DNA of 63,814 nt, filler included. It is 5 parts of 5 records of this genome, joined end to end, with 100 filler letters (N's around TTAATTAATTAA, not from the genome) between each part and the next. Parts side by side here need not be neighbours in the genome. Positions count along the whole stretch, not along the records: positions 14,051 to 20,416 come from SRR20825019_579; positions 20,517 to 44,102 come from SRR20825019_581; 3 more parts are not named here. One strand, 5' to 3'. A program made the translations under genes and the position numbers. The notes beneath the pieces were generated by a model. The model was not told where the DNA came from, made no database searches, and saw only the letters and a program-made list of their open reading frames with translations. This document shows, piece after piece, positions 17,048 to 25,554 of this stretch (position 1 is the first letter of the stretch; every line of letters begins with the position of its first letter).

Positions 17048-19485
17048 CTCGTTTTGAAAGTTATTTTATGTTTTAAACCATTTTCAATTCCAATAATGGA
17101 GATTGTAGAGTTGTTGTATTCTTCAATGATTGATTTTACAATATATAGCCCTAATCCAGTTCCAATAACATTTCCTGTTTTATCTTTTTTTGAAGATTCG
17201 AGTAGTTTGAATATTTCTTCAGGATTATCATGGTATTGTTTGTCCAGTCCTTTACCGTTATCTGAAAACGTTATTTCTATATTTTCACCAACTGTTATCC
17301 AAGATATTACAATTAATTTTGGATGGGAATTTGATCCTTTAAGATAATTCATGGAGTTGGATAACAGATTATTAAAAATTGAATCCATGTCTACCTCAAA
17401 TGCTCTTATTGTGTTCGAACGATCATTAGTCCCGTTTAATTCAATTTGAATATTCCTTTGTTCTAGAGCCTTTTTCCAAGTTGACTTAAAACCTTCGAAG
17501 TATTCACCAAAGTTTAAGTTGCTTCGTTCTCTTTTATCTCGTTTTAATGTATTCAATGAGTATTCTAGCCAATGTTTAAGTTTTGTATCTTCTTCTTGAA
17601 TTAACTTAATCATATAAAAAGGATTGTCGTCCTTATCTAATTTTGTTAAGCTTTTTTCATCTAAATGATTTTTTAGTTCTCTAAGCAAGAATGATGTTCT
17701 TGGAATGAGCCTTGATCTTAAACTTTTTACTTCATGAGCAAAAGAAGAGATAATAAGTCCTACACTCGCTAAGTTTCTGAGAAGTCGAATTTCGTCTTCT
17801 TTTTCTTCAAGTTCACGGGTAAGAATTTGAACTCCTTCTGCTAAGGTTTCTTCCGTTCTTGACGAAGTGTTATCATTTCTAGAGTCGTTGCTCTCCGAAG
17901 TGTTACCATTTTCCGATTCACTTCCGCTATTGTTTTCTCTCTCCTCTTTTTCCTTTTTTATTCTGTCAGCCTCTTCTTGTGCCTTTCGCTTTGCTTCTGC
18001 CTCCTTATTTTTCTTTTTATGGAGCTCAGAAAGGTGAAACATAATTGTATTTCTATCCTTTTCAAAAAAGGAAATGGTCTCTTTTAGAATATTCACAAAC
18101 AAAGTGAATACATCATTTTCAATAATTCCTTCACGCCCTGACTTATCTTGAAAACTCAAATTATGAATTCTAGAGATATTTATCGTTCCAGCAATTTGGT
18201 TTGGTCTTATTCGATAACCACCTAATCTTTGACCTGCGCCACCAGGACTCTGAGATTGACGCTCTCCTAGTTTTAACCAATCTTGGCCGTTTTCTCCATA
18301 TGGTCGGATTCTAAAATCATCTCTAAAGATTTTCACACCTCCAAATCGTTTAAGCCAAGACTTTCTATTGGCACTTTTAAAAGAGTTATATGGATATTTT
18401 TTCAAGTCTCCATCATTGCTGTCGTCAGATATTGTGTTTTTTAGGAAATAAAAGCTAAATCCAAATTCCCCTACTTTAGAAATTAATTCTGCTTCTATAT
18501 CATCTGATAAAATTGCACTTAACGGCTTCGTGATCGTTATTGTTTTTGCTTTAAAATCCTCAAGGCGATATGGGTATTTTTTCATATCATCATAGTCGAA
18601 AACTTCTGAATATCTGTTTTCAAGAGCGTCAACATCAAGTTCATTTCTCGTTATGTTAACTTCGAGTGTGCCGCTTTCATTTCCGCTGTATTTCGCTTCT
18701 ATTTTATAATCATAATCATCGTAATATGCTGTTTTGACTTTCCCATATTTATCATAATCTTCTGTTGAAAAGAGGTAGATTTCAAAATCAGATTGTTCTT
18801 TGGGAGGCAGAAGCATTTCAAGGTTGCCGAAAAGATTTGCCAATTGTTCATCCGTCCAATTATCGTTTAATTCGGATATTTCAATAATAGTTCCTGTTTC
18901 AAATGAATCATCTTCAATTATCTGTTGTAATTGATCTTGACTTCCAAATTTGGTGATTAATTCATTTTTAAGATTCAGATTGGGTCTTGGTTCAAGATCA
19001 GCGTTAACCTGAGAAACAGTTGTTCCAGACTGGTCAAAGTCTTGCCAATTTACTTTCCAGTATAGCCCTTCATTTTCCTTGGATGATAATGTCTGTAATT
19101 CTGTGACAAGCCCAAGACGGTTTAACGCAAATCGGCCAATCCCTTTTGCTCCAGTTTTAACTCTACCATTTTCAGAAAGATGTTCGTATAGTTTGTCATC
19201 CGTCCCGATGGTCATCCATTGATTCGATATGATGTGGTTTGTCATGCCATGACCATTATCAATCATGTAAATCCTACTTTTCTTGGAGTTGACTAATTTA
19301 GTTTTTTCACCATCTTCATTTTCAGTTATATCATAAACCAAATCAAAAATCAGGATACACTTTTTGCTATCTGCATCATAAGTGTTTTTAACTAACTCAA
19401 CTATGGCACCTTCCTCGTTAGAAAAATTTTCTAAGCCAATTAATTTAGCAGTTCTGGCAGATACTTTAAATGGTATTTTTGACAT
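17044..19485 (-). CDS. Cytoplasmic histidine kinase fused to an N-terminal GHKL (MutL/MORC-like HATPase_c_3) ATPase
   Basis: N-terminal GHKL motifs ELVKNTYDA, DNGHGM, GAKGIGRFA and TGTII; S5-like GGVKIFRDDFRIRPYG; a coiled coil; H-box SSFAHEVKS, N-box IFNNLLSNS, G1 FSDNGKG and G2 GTGLGLYIVK. Start taken as MSKIPF (19485), 4 nt after the HTH stop. Confidence 0.92.
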   Translation of the reverse strand: MSKIPFKVSARTAKLIGLENFSNEEGAIVELVKNTYDADSKKCILIFDLVYDITENEDGEKTKLVNSKKSRIYMIDNGHGMTNHIISNQWMTIGTDDKLYEHLSENGRVKTGAKGIGRFALNRLGLVTELQTLSSKENEGLYWKVNWQDFDQSGTTVSQVNADLEPRPNLNLKNELITKFGSQDQLQQIIEDDSFETGTIIEISELNDNWTDEQLANLFGNLEMLLPPKEQSDFEIYLFSTEDYDKYGKVKTAYYDDYDYKIEAKYSGNESGTLEVNITRNELDVDALENRYSEVFDYDDMKKYPYRLEDFKAKTITITKPLSAILSDDIEAELISKVGEFGFSFYFLKNTISDDSNDGDLKKYPYNSFKSANRKSWLKRFGGVKIFRDDFRIRPYGENGQDWLKLGERQSQSPGGAGQRLGGYRIRPNQIAGTINISRIHNLSFQDKSGREGIIENDVFTLFVNILKETISFFEKDRNTIMFHLSELHKKKNKEAEAKRKAQEEADRIKKEKEERENNSGSESENGNTSESNDSRNDNTSSRTEETLAEGVQILTRELEEKEDEIRLLRNLASVGLIISSFAHEVKSLRSRLIPRTSFLLRELKNHLDEKSLTKLDKDDNPFYMIKLIQEEDTKLKHWLEYSLNTLKRDKRERSNLNFGEYFEGFKSTWKKALEQRNIQIELNGTNDRSNTIRAFEVDMDSIFNNLLSNSMNYLKGSNSHPKLIVISWITVGENIEITFSDNGKGLDKQYHDNPEEIFKLLESSKKDKTGNVIGTGLGLYIVKSIIEEYNNSTISIIGIENGLKHKITFKTR

Positions 19486-19489
19486 TTCA

Positions 19490-19699
19490 TTAACCTTTGG
19501 TGGATACAAAAAGTTCTCTAATATCTACTTCCAAGAATTGAGCGAGTTGATAGAACACCTCAACGGATGGTTGTACATCATTTGTACACCAACGAGAAAC
19601 AGTTGATTCCGTTTTGTTTAAGCGCTTAGCAATTTCTTTTGAAGATATACTTTTCTCAGCTAAAACGGCTTTTATCCTATTGTAATTTATTTTCTCCAT
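19490..19699 (-). CDS. XRE/Cro-family HTH regulator (69 aa), controller-protein-like position
   Basis: MEKINYNRIKAVLAEKSISSKEIAKRLNKTESTVSRWCTNDVQPSVEVFYQLAQFLEVDIRELF is the typical Bacteroidota small XRE HTH. Confidence 0.9.
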   Translation of the reverse strand: MEKINYNRIKAVLAEKSISSKEIAKRLNKTESTVSRWCTNDVQPSVEVFYQLAQFLEVDIRELFVSTKG

Positions 19700-19871
19700 T
19701 ATGCAATGTAATTGCTGTTTGGTGTAAATATACAGACTCTTAAATACTTCAAAATCGGCAGGAATTATAGTTTCATGCAAATTACCACGCATAAAAACGA
19801 AATAAAATTTGTTTGAATCGAAATTAATTGTAATTTGGTCTAAAGTTATTAACACCAAAAGCTAATTATCT
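19700..19871. promoter_or_regulatory. Divergent promoter region with Bacteroidota-type -33/-7 like elements
   Basis: Plus strand: TTTG (19808-19811)-N19-TAATTTGG (19831), one mismatch to TAnnTTTG. Minus strand: TTTG-N17-TATATTTA. Palindrome GCAAT-N3-ATTGC (19703-19715) next to the HTH start is a candidate operator. Confidence 0.4.
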
Positions 19872-20180
19872 ATGTCCAACAAAGAATTAATCATCAAATT
19901 GATCCAACAAGACTTAAAACACTGCCAATTAGTCGTTGGATTAGACCAACTCGGTTTAGAAGCATCAGACAAACATTGCCTTGAATTGTTAGACATTGTA
20001 GCCGACCTAATGCAAGTTCCCGCAGGGAACTTGGAATTCGATTGGGGTAGAGTGTACATCACTTATATGTCAGAATGCACGGGCGTAGAAGTTGAGTCGA
20101 CATCCGAATCTCTTCGACCATACGCAGAATATTGTTACAACGATTTATGCGAGATTTTAAGTTCAGCGAACGGACGTTAG
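19872..20180 (+). CDS. Small acidic hypothetical protein divergent from the XRE gene
   Basis: 102-aa helical ORF (MSNKELIIKLIQQDLKHCQLVVGL...) with an AT-rich upstream region; no recognised domain. Confidence 0.75.
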   Translation: MSNKELIIKLIQQDLKHCQLVVGLDQLGLEASDKHCLELLDIVADLMQVPAGNLEFDWGRVYITYMSECTGVEVESTSESLRPYAEYCYNDLCEILSSANGR

Positions 20181-20193
20181 TTCTACCGCGATC

Positions 20194-20374
20194 TGCGTGG
20201 GAAAAATAAGTGCATTACAAACTGACCGTAGGGAATTTGTAAATGCTCTTATGTGCGTGGGCAAAAGAAAAAAGGGGATTATTTTACCTTCAATCAATAA
20301 GAAATGTTTATGCTCTTTAACCTTGTTTGGGTGCTATCTACTCTGGGCTTCTCTCGGACATGGCGCACCCAAAC
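20194..20374. repeat. Right sub-terminal structured region: hairpins plus inverted-repeat blocks
   Basis: Hairpin 20206-20252 (ATAAG-GCATT-ACAAA / TTTGT-AATGC-CTTAT) flanked by TGCGTGGG direct repeats (20194, 20254); IR blocks 20263-20286 and 20299-20320; perfect 10-bp stem GTTTGGGTGC/GCACCCAAAC (20325-20374). Confidence 0.85.
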
Positions 20375-20416
20375 TGTTGTTGCGTATAACATCTGGCTAA
20401 AGATACCCCTTTATAT

Positions 20417-20516
20417 NNNNNNNNNNNNNNNNNNNNNNNNNNNNNNNNNNNNNNNNNNNNTTAATTAATTAANNNNNNNNNNNNNNNNNNNNNNNNNNNN
20501 NNNNNNNNNNNNNNNN
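20417..20516. other. Artificial contig linker
   Basis: N44-TTAATTAATTAA-N44. Confidence 0.98.
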
Positions 20517-20532
20517 CCCCCCCCCCCCCCCC

Positions 20533-20993
20533 GGGCTCCTGTGATGCTGTCCAATCCACGTGCATCCGCCACCTACCACGACTACAAAGAGTGGAGGCAC
20601 AATGGCCATGGTTGCTGCGATCGGAGTCAATATCCAGTGGCGGACGGGCACAAATTTTTGATTCCATGAGCATAAAGGACCGACCGCGCCGCGAGCACGA
20701 GCCCACAAAGCAATCTATGCGTAGAAAGGTTCCACGTTAGTTTTCGCCTTAAGAATATCCGGAGAGAAATCGCCGATTGGCAACAGGTCAGGAGAGTGAC
20801 AAGGAGAGTGACTTACAGCGCGGACACCTTGGTATCCTACAACCTCCAGCAGGAAGATGTGAAACAAGGTCGTGATAGAAAACACCGGCACGAACACAGC
20901 AGTCAGGATGACCCCCGTGCCGGCCATGACAATCCTTCTCTCAGGAAATACACGAGACAGGTTGTTCATTAAGTCACTAACATCATAAATCAT
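20533..20993 (-). CDS. Spliced membrane protein, 3'-truncated
   Basis: Hydrophobic exons (IVMAGTGVILTAVFVPVFSITTLFHIFLL; IAATMAIVPPLFVVVV) separated by a GTAAGT donor near 20815; boundaries are approximate. Confidence 0.4.
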
Positions 20994-22388
20994 GAACGGA
21001 TACGTTTCGAAGGCATGTCATGTGCTTGGGACTCAGAACTTCTTTTCTTGCCAGGTGGCACTTTGTGGTTGCGCCGAAAGGCGTCATGTCATGGCCGATT
21101 GTACTGAGCTTCGTCGAGAAATTGAAAGGCTCTCTGAATGGCCACTAGACTGATGACTAGTGTTAAAGGGGGACTCACCCGCGTTGGCCTCAGGCCCGGA
21201 GGCGCGCACCGACGGCCGGGGCGGGGGCCACCGGGTTCCCGTTCTAGCGTGTCGCGCCCGGGCCGCCGCGCCCGGGCCGGCGGAGCACGGCCCGCCCCGG
21301 CCCGGCGGGCGGCGCCGGCGGGCGGCGCCGGCGGGCGGCGGCAGTTGGTCAACCGTGAGCGAAAAGTTTGTTGCCGATCGAGGCTCCGAGGCCGGAGGTT
21401 CAGTTCAGTGGCGTGCCGAGTCACCGTGGTCGTTGCCGGGGGTTTGATTTGCGGCGGAGGATCCCCGGCTCAGCATAGCGAATGCGGATTCGGAAACTCC
21501 GACCTCTGTTACCACCGGGTAATTTCACAACTCAAACCGCCGGATGAGTGCCAATAGACATCGCACCACCTCGTGGCTGGGGAGCAGACTTCAGAGGTAC
21601 GAGGCGGTCACTAGTTGAGAATGTTGTACCTGCGGGGTGGGAAAGTTCGCAGGCTGGTTTCTCTCACCGTGGACAGGCGCACTCAGATCAGGAACGGCGA
21701 TGCTTGAGCCCCCCACCCGCTCACGGTCGGCCGGCTCGCGGACCTGGGCTGACGTCCGGCCACGTTGTCACGGATCTGCTGCGCGTCCGACGCAATCAGT
21801 GGCCGCGGTGACAGTCCGGTTGGTCGGACCGGGGCACCGGGCCGCCGCGCCACAAACTCACATCAGTGATGCCCAGAAACCAAAACCACCCCACGTCAGA
21901 TGAGTGCGCCGGCTAGCCCGCGGAGTGCGAGCCTGGCTGCTTGGCCAGGGCCGCCTTCGGTGCCCGCGCGGACCACTCACTGGGCCGGCTGAGTGCGGAC
22001 TGCCAGCGCGGCCCGAAGGGGGCCCGGGCGGCCCCGCGCCGATGTGAAGCCAGGCCTCCGGCCTGCTTCCGGCCATCGCCCGGCCCGCCGCCACCCCCAA
22101 TATCCCGTCAGGATCCGACCGAACCACAGTGGGCAGTGTGCTGAGCCGTCACGCCGGCATGGACCACCTCCATGCCGTCACCACCGACACTGAAGGGCGT
22201 ACCAGCGTGGGCCAGTATGGGACCCCCCCCCCCCCCCCCAAACCTGTGTTTAGCAAATGCTTTCATTCCTGCTCACCCTACTACGACAAATATAAACCCG
22301 CCCAATGTCAAGGTCTCGATAGTATCGCAAAGCAACACGAGAGGAAAGACTGCCTCCCTGGTGGTGCAGAAGCGGATCAGGGAAAACG

Positions 22389-23507
22389 ATGTTGACTGGA
22401 AGTGTGCTGAGCAGGGCTGAAATGTCCCAGCTGTCATCGCGGCTGCGAGGGTGCATGTACGGTTTCTTCATTGGAGATGCCGTTGCAATGCCTATATATT
22501 GGTGGCTGTATGGCAATGAAACAAAGCGCAACAAACCTGAGAGCGATGAATGGATGGCCACACTGCATGCCCGGGGACCTAGAAGGTCAATGGGTGGCCG
22601 CTTTGCACCAGAAGTCGCATACGATACTGCCGCGGGTATCAACAGCATAAACGCTTCTTTCGGAAAAGATCGTTTGGGAAAGCGGGTGTCTCGAGACATA
22701 TGGGGCGCCATGTCGCAATGTCAAGATGGCTCAGTCCCCATTCCAATTGGGCATATGAGTGAGGACGCAGTGGTGGCGAGGGCCGCTATGAAGAATTGGC
22801 CGAAGTTGTCTACATTCCACAAGGAGCTTCCCCTGGGCCGACCGGCCGCAAATGCTGAACTGCCACTGATGCTGTCAACAGATGCTCTGCGTGAGTTGAG
22901 CATCGTTCCAGCAGTAGTTGTTTACGGGGCAGCCTCAGGCCAGTCATTGGACAATATCATCAAGCAAGCGTCAGCCGCGGTGTCCCTGTGCAATCGATCT
23001 TCGATTGCCCCGACAGACCACTTCGTAAAGCTCCTCCATATGGTTTTGCACGGAGCAAGCCTTACAGAAGCAGCAGAGCAAGTTGCGCAAGTAGCAGGAG
23101 TGGATGCTCGTGCCAATCCGTGGTACCAAACCGGGGAAATGAACCTGAACCTTTACCAGGACTCCACGCTCCCTTCTCTCCTGCAGATGTGCTACCATCT
23201 TGGCCACGATGTTGATCAGAGTGCAGAAAACGGAAAAATGGCACAAAGGGCAGTGGAGAGCGCCCTGCTGGCCTCCGCGAATGCCGGGGAGGAGAATGTT
23301 GCTCGCGGTGCGCTTCTTGGGAGCCTGATAGGCGCTCGAGCCGGAATCGAAGTGTTCGCAAAAGGTGGCCGCATGAGATCAGGGCTTGCAGACAGCGAGT
23401 CACTCATGAAGGAGATCAAATCTTTCGTGGCCAGGGGCACAGCTTCCCACGCTGGGAAGCCCGAAAAGCGCAAGTACAAACCCCGAAAAAAAGAGGTAGA
23501 ATCGTGA
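22389..23507 (+). CDS. ADP-ribosylglycohydrolase (DraG/ARH)-like protein
   Basis: N-terminal LRGCMYGFFIGDAVAMP and C-terminal SANAGEENVARGALLGSLIGA; the 5' end may include an upstream exon. Confidence 0.75.
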   Translation: MLTGSVLSRAEMSQLSSRLRGCMYGFFIGDAVAMPIYWWLYGNETKRNKPESDEWMATLHARGPRRSMGGRFAPEVAYDTAAGINSINASFGKDRLGKRVSRDIWGAMSQCQDGSVPIPIGHMSEDAVVARAAMKNWPKLSTFHKELPLGRPAANAELPLMLSTDALRELSIVPAVVVYGAASGQSLDNIIKQASAAVSLCNRSSIAPTDHFVKLLHMVLHGASLTEAAEQVAQVAGVDARANPWYQTGEMNLNLYQDSTLPSLLQMCYHLGHDVDQSAENGKMAQRAVESALLASANAGEENVARGALLGSLIGARAGIEVFAKGGRMRSGLADSESLMKEIKSFVARGTASHAGKPEKRKYKPRKKEVES

Positions 23508-23641
23508 GGTTTCAGAGCACAATGCATCGGTCCTATATATACCCAGCCCCCCGCGGCCCACGACAACAACTGACTGACAGCAACTGACCGGTTGAGGTCT
23601 GTGTTTTGGCTTGATTTATCTACATATAATTGTGTTCACCT

Positions 23642-25554
23642 CTACCTGAGGGTGCGGTCATCTGGGCTCGCGGAAGTTGGTCGGTCCATGGCCATCATAA
23701 GCGAATCAACACGAATCGGCGCTGGTTTAGGATTCATCGGTGGCTAGAACAAGAGTGAATAACCTAAAAAAGAATAAAATACATTGCTACATATGTAAAC
23801 ACGTACCCATTGGCCTTGCAACGACGCATGAGTGATGCAATTAGAAATAATATTGCCGGCTTGAATGGCCAAGGTCTGCAATACAATCTCATCCGTCCGA
23901 CTGAACGTTCCCTCGTGTGTGTTCATCACATGGAGGGCCGCGAGGACATCACCCTTCTGATTCGACACAGGAATACAGAGTACCGCCTAATCCATGTTAG
24001 AAACTAGTCTGCAGTAGCATCGTATACGAATCGTACCTTAGTTCCATACCCAGTCACCCTCTCGATGGCCGCATCAAAGCGCGGATCAATATATGCGTTC
24101 TTGACATTGAGCGACTCTCCAGCCTTCAGGACATATCCAGGGATACCACTGCCAATGTCAAACTGGCTATGCTTGCCTTCACCCAGAAGGTAGGTCCAGT
24201 AGTCATCCTTGTTCTCTCCGAGGATAAAAATATTCGAGGTGTCCGCATCCACAAGCTGCTTCGCTGCCTCGCATATCTTGTTGACGCTTTCATATACATC
24301 AAGATCTGAGCTCATCAGCGACGATGCTTCAAGCAAGTGCTCAACCTGTAACAGAATGAGGACATGAACTCCTCCACGATCTTGCAAATGAATCACCTGT
24401 CGGTAACGAGTAACCAAAGTCTTCATCCATTGCCTTCGCTCAGGCTTCGGCAATGCCTCTAATTTTTGGACGAATTCGTCTCCACTCATTGCCTTGTTAA
24501 TGAAATCTTGGAAATACAAAATAATATTCGGGTCCACGGTGCCGCCCTCCCCTCCGGCTCCCTTCTTCTTCCCCCCGCGCTTTGGACTCTTACCACGCAT
24601 TCTCATACTCTCATCATTTGCGTGTTCAAACTTGGGCATCTCTGTTCAAGACTTCAGCCCACCAAATTTCATCCATTCGCAATCATGCTCACCAGCTCCA
24701 GTGTGGCTATCACAGATGGCATCCTGGACGATGCTTGTCACAGTAAGAGGGTCCATATTCCTCAAGAGACCCACAAATTTCATATATGACCGGACCTGGG
24801 CAGCCAGTCAGCATATTCGACAATACCATTGCAAGCACCAAGTTTCTCACATCCTCTGGCCTCAGTCCGTATTGCGAGATCCGTGGGAACGAGTCTTCAC
24901 TATAGTCTAAACTCTGACTGTGGTTGACGGACGCACCCAATCCACCAATACCAGAAGGTCCGTGGCTTTCCTGGGATAAGATGCTTTGGCTTGTGGCCAG
25001 TCCTCCATTTCCAGATGTGTTGTGCTGGTCACGAAGCAACCGCGATCTCGGCGCGCTGTTTGGGCGTACCCTGCCACGGGACTCGGTGCTGTCATTAGCT
25101 CTGTACTCCTGCCTCTCGTCAAGCTGGTGCCATGTCAATCGCCCACCATGCAACTTAGTCTTCGATCACATGACATACCGATGCCTCCCCGTATCCTGAC
25201 TGGGTCGTGGATGTGGACATATTGGCACTCCTGCCATTCCTGCCTGCGGAAGTCGGGCGTCGTCGCCCGGCAGATCGTGGCCTGCGCGGAGGGCCGGACC
25301 CATACAAGTTGGCGATAGGCGAAACATAGTAACTACGAGGGCACGACATGTCGATGCCGGGCTTATTCTTGGCCAGCTACAACGAATGATTCAGGGTTTT
25401 GTCCGCGCCTACCCTCCAACAACTCAACGCGTACCTTGCGATGGTGGTCTGTGTGGTTCTGGGCGATCAGGTACTGCCCTCCCAAGTGCGTGTTGCTTGG
25501 AGCGAAGTTCCGATCATGGGCTTTCAGCGTTGTGCTGAAAATAGCGTGCGACAT
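23642..25554 (-). CDS. Spliced GAF-domain protein (PDE-type GAF)
   Basis: ICEAAKQLVDAD...GIPGYVLKAGESLNVKNAYIDPRFD...GYGTK/AVLCIPVSNQKGDVLAALHVMN...FSRTDE. Introns at 23744-23806, 23987-24036 and 24346-24396 restore the frame; the 5' exons are approximate. Confidence 0.8.

Larger units (their letters stand above)
14076..20390 (-). mobile_element. Putative integron-like gene cassette (~6.3 kb) bounded by attC-like half-sites
   Basis: On the minus strand it begins ...TTTAG-CCAGAT-GTTATAC (core 20384-20390) and ends GTATAAC-ACGGG-CTAAA (core 14076-14082). The cores are perfectly complementary over 10 bp (TGTTATACGC/GCGTATAACA). The 5-nt/6-nt spacer asymmetry matches attC geometry, and the contig breaks just outside both sites. 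Confidence 0.6.

Noticed and set aside
19700-19858. N-terminal extensions in the ORF track (19490-19858, 62062 start, 62267 start, 10804 start)
   Set aside because: They run through intergenic or promoter DNA; domain boundaries and RBS/acceptor positions support the shorter starts.
20194-20261. TGCGTGGG direct repeats as a mini-CRISPR
   Set aside because: Only two 8-nt copies flanking a hairpin; no array periodicity and no cas genes.
14051-20416. Classical IS/transposon interpretation of the inverted repeats
   Set aside because: No transposase is encoded, the repeats are interrupted and asymmetrically spaced, and target duplications cannot be assessed; a cassette-type model fits better.
13195-20993. 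Apparent bacterial defence island inserted in a eukaryotic genome (HGT)
   Set aside because: Both junctions are artificial linkers, so there is no evidence of physical linkage.
22223-22238. Poly-C tracts (also 20517-20532) as G-quadruplex or phase-variation elements
   Set aside because: Simple homopolymers in GC-rich eukaryotic DNA, one at a contig edge; no supporting context.
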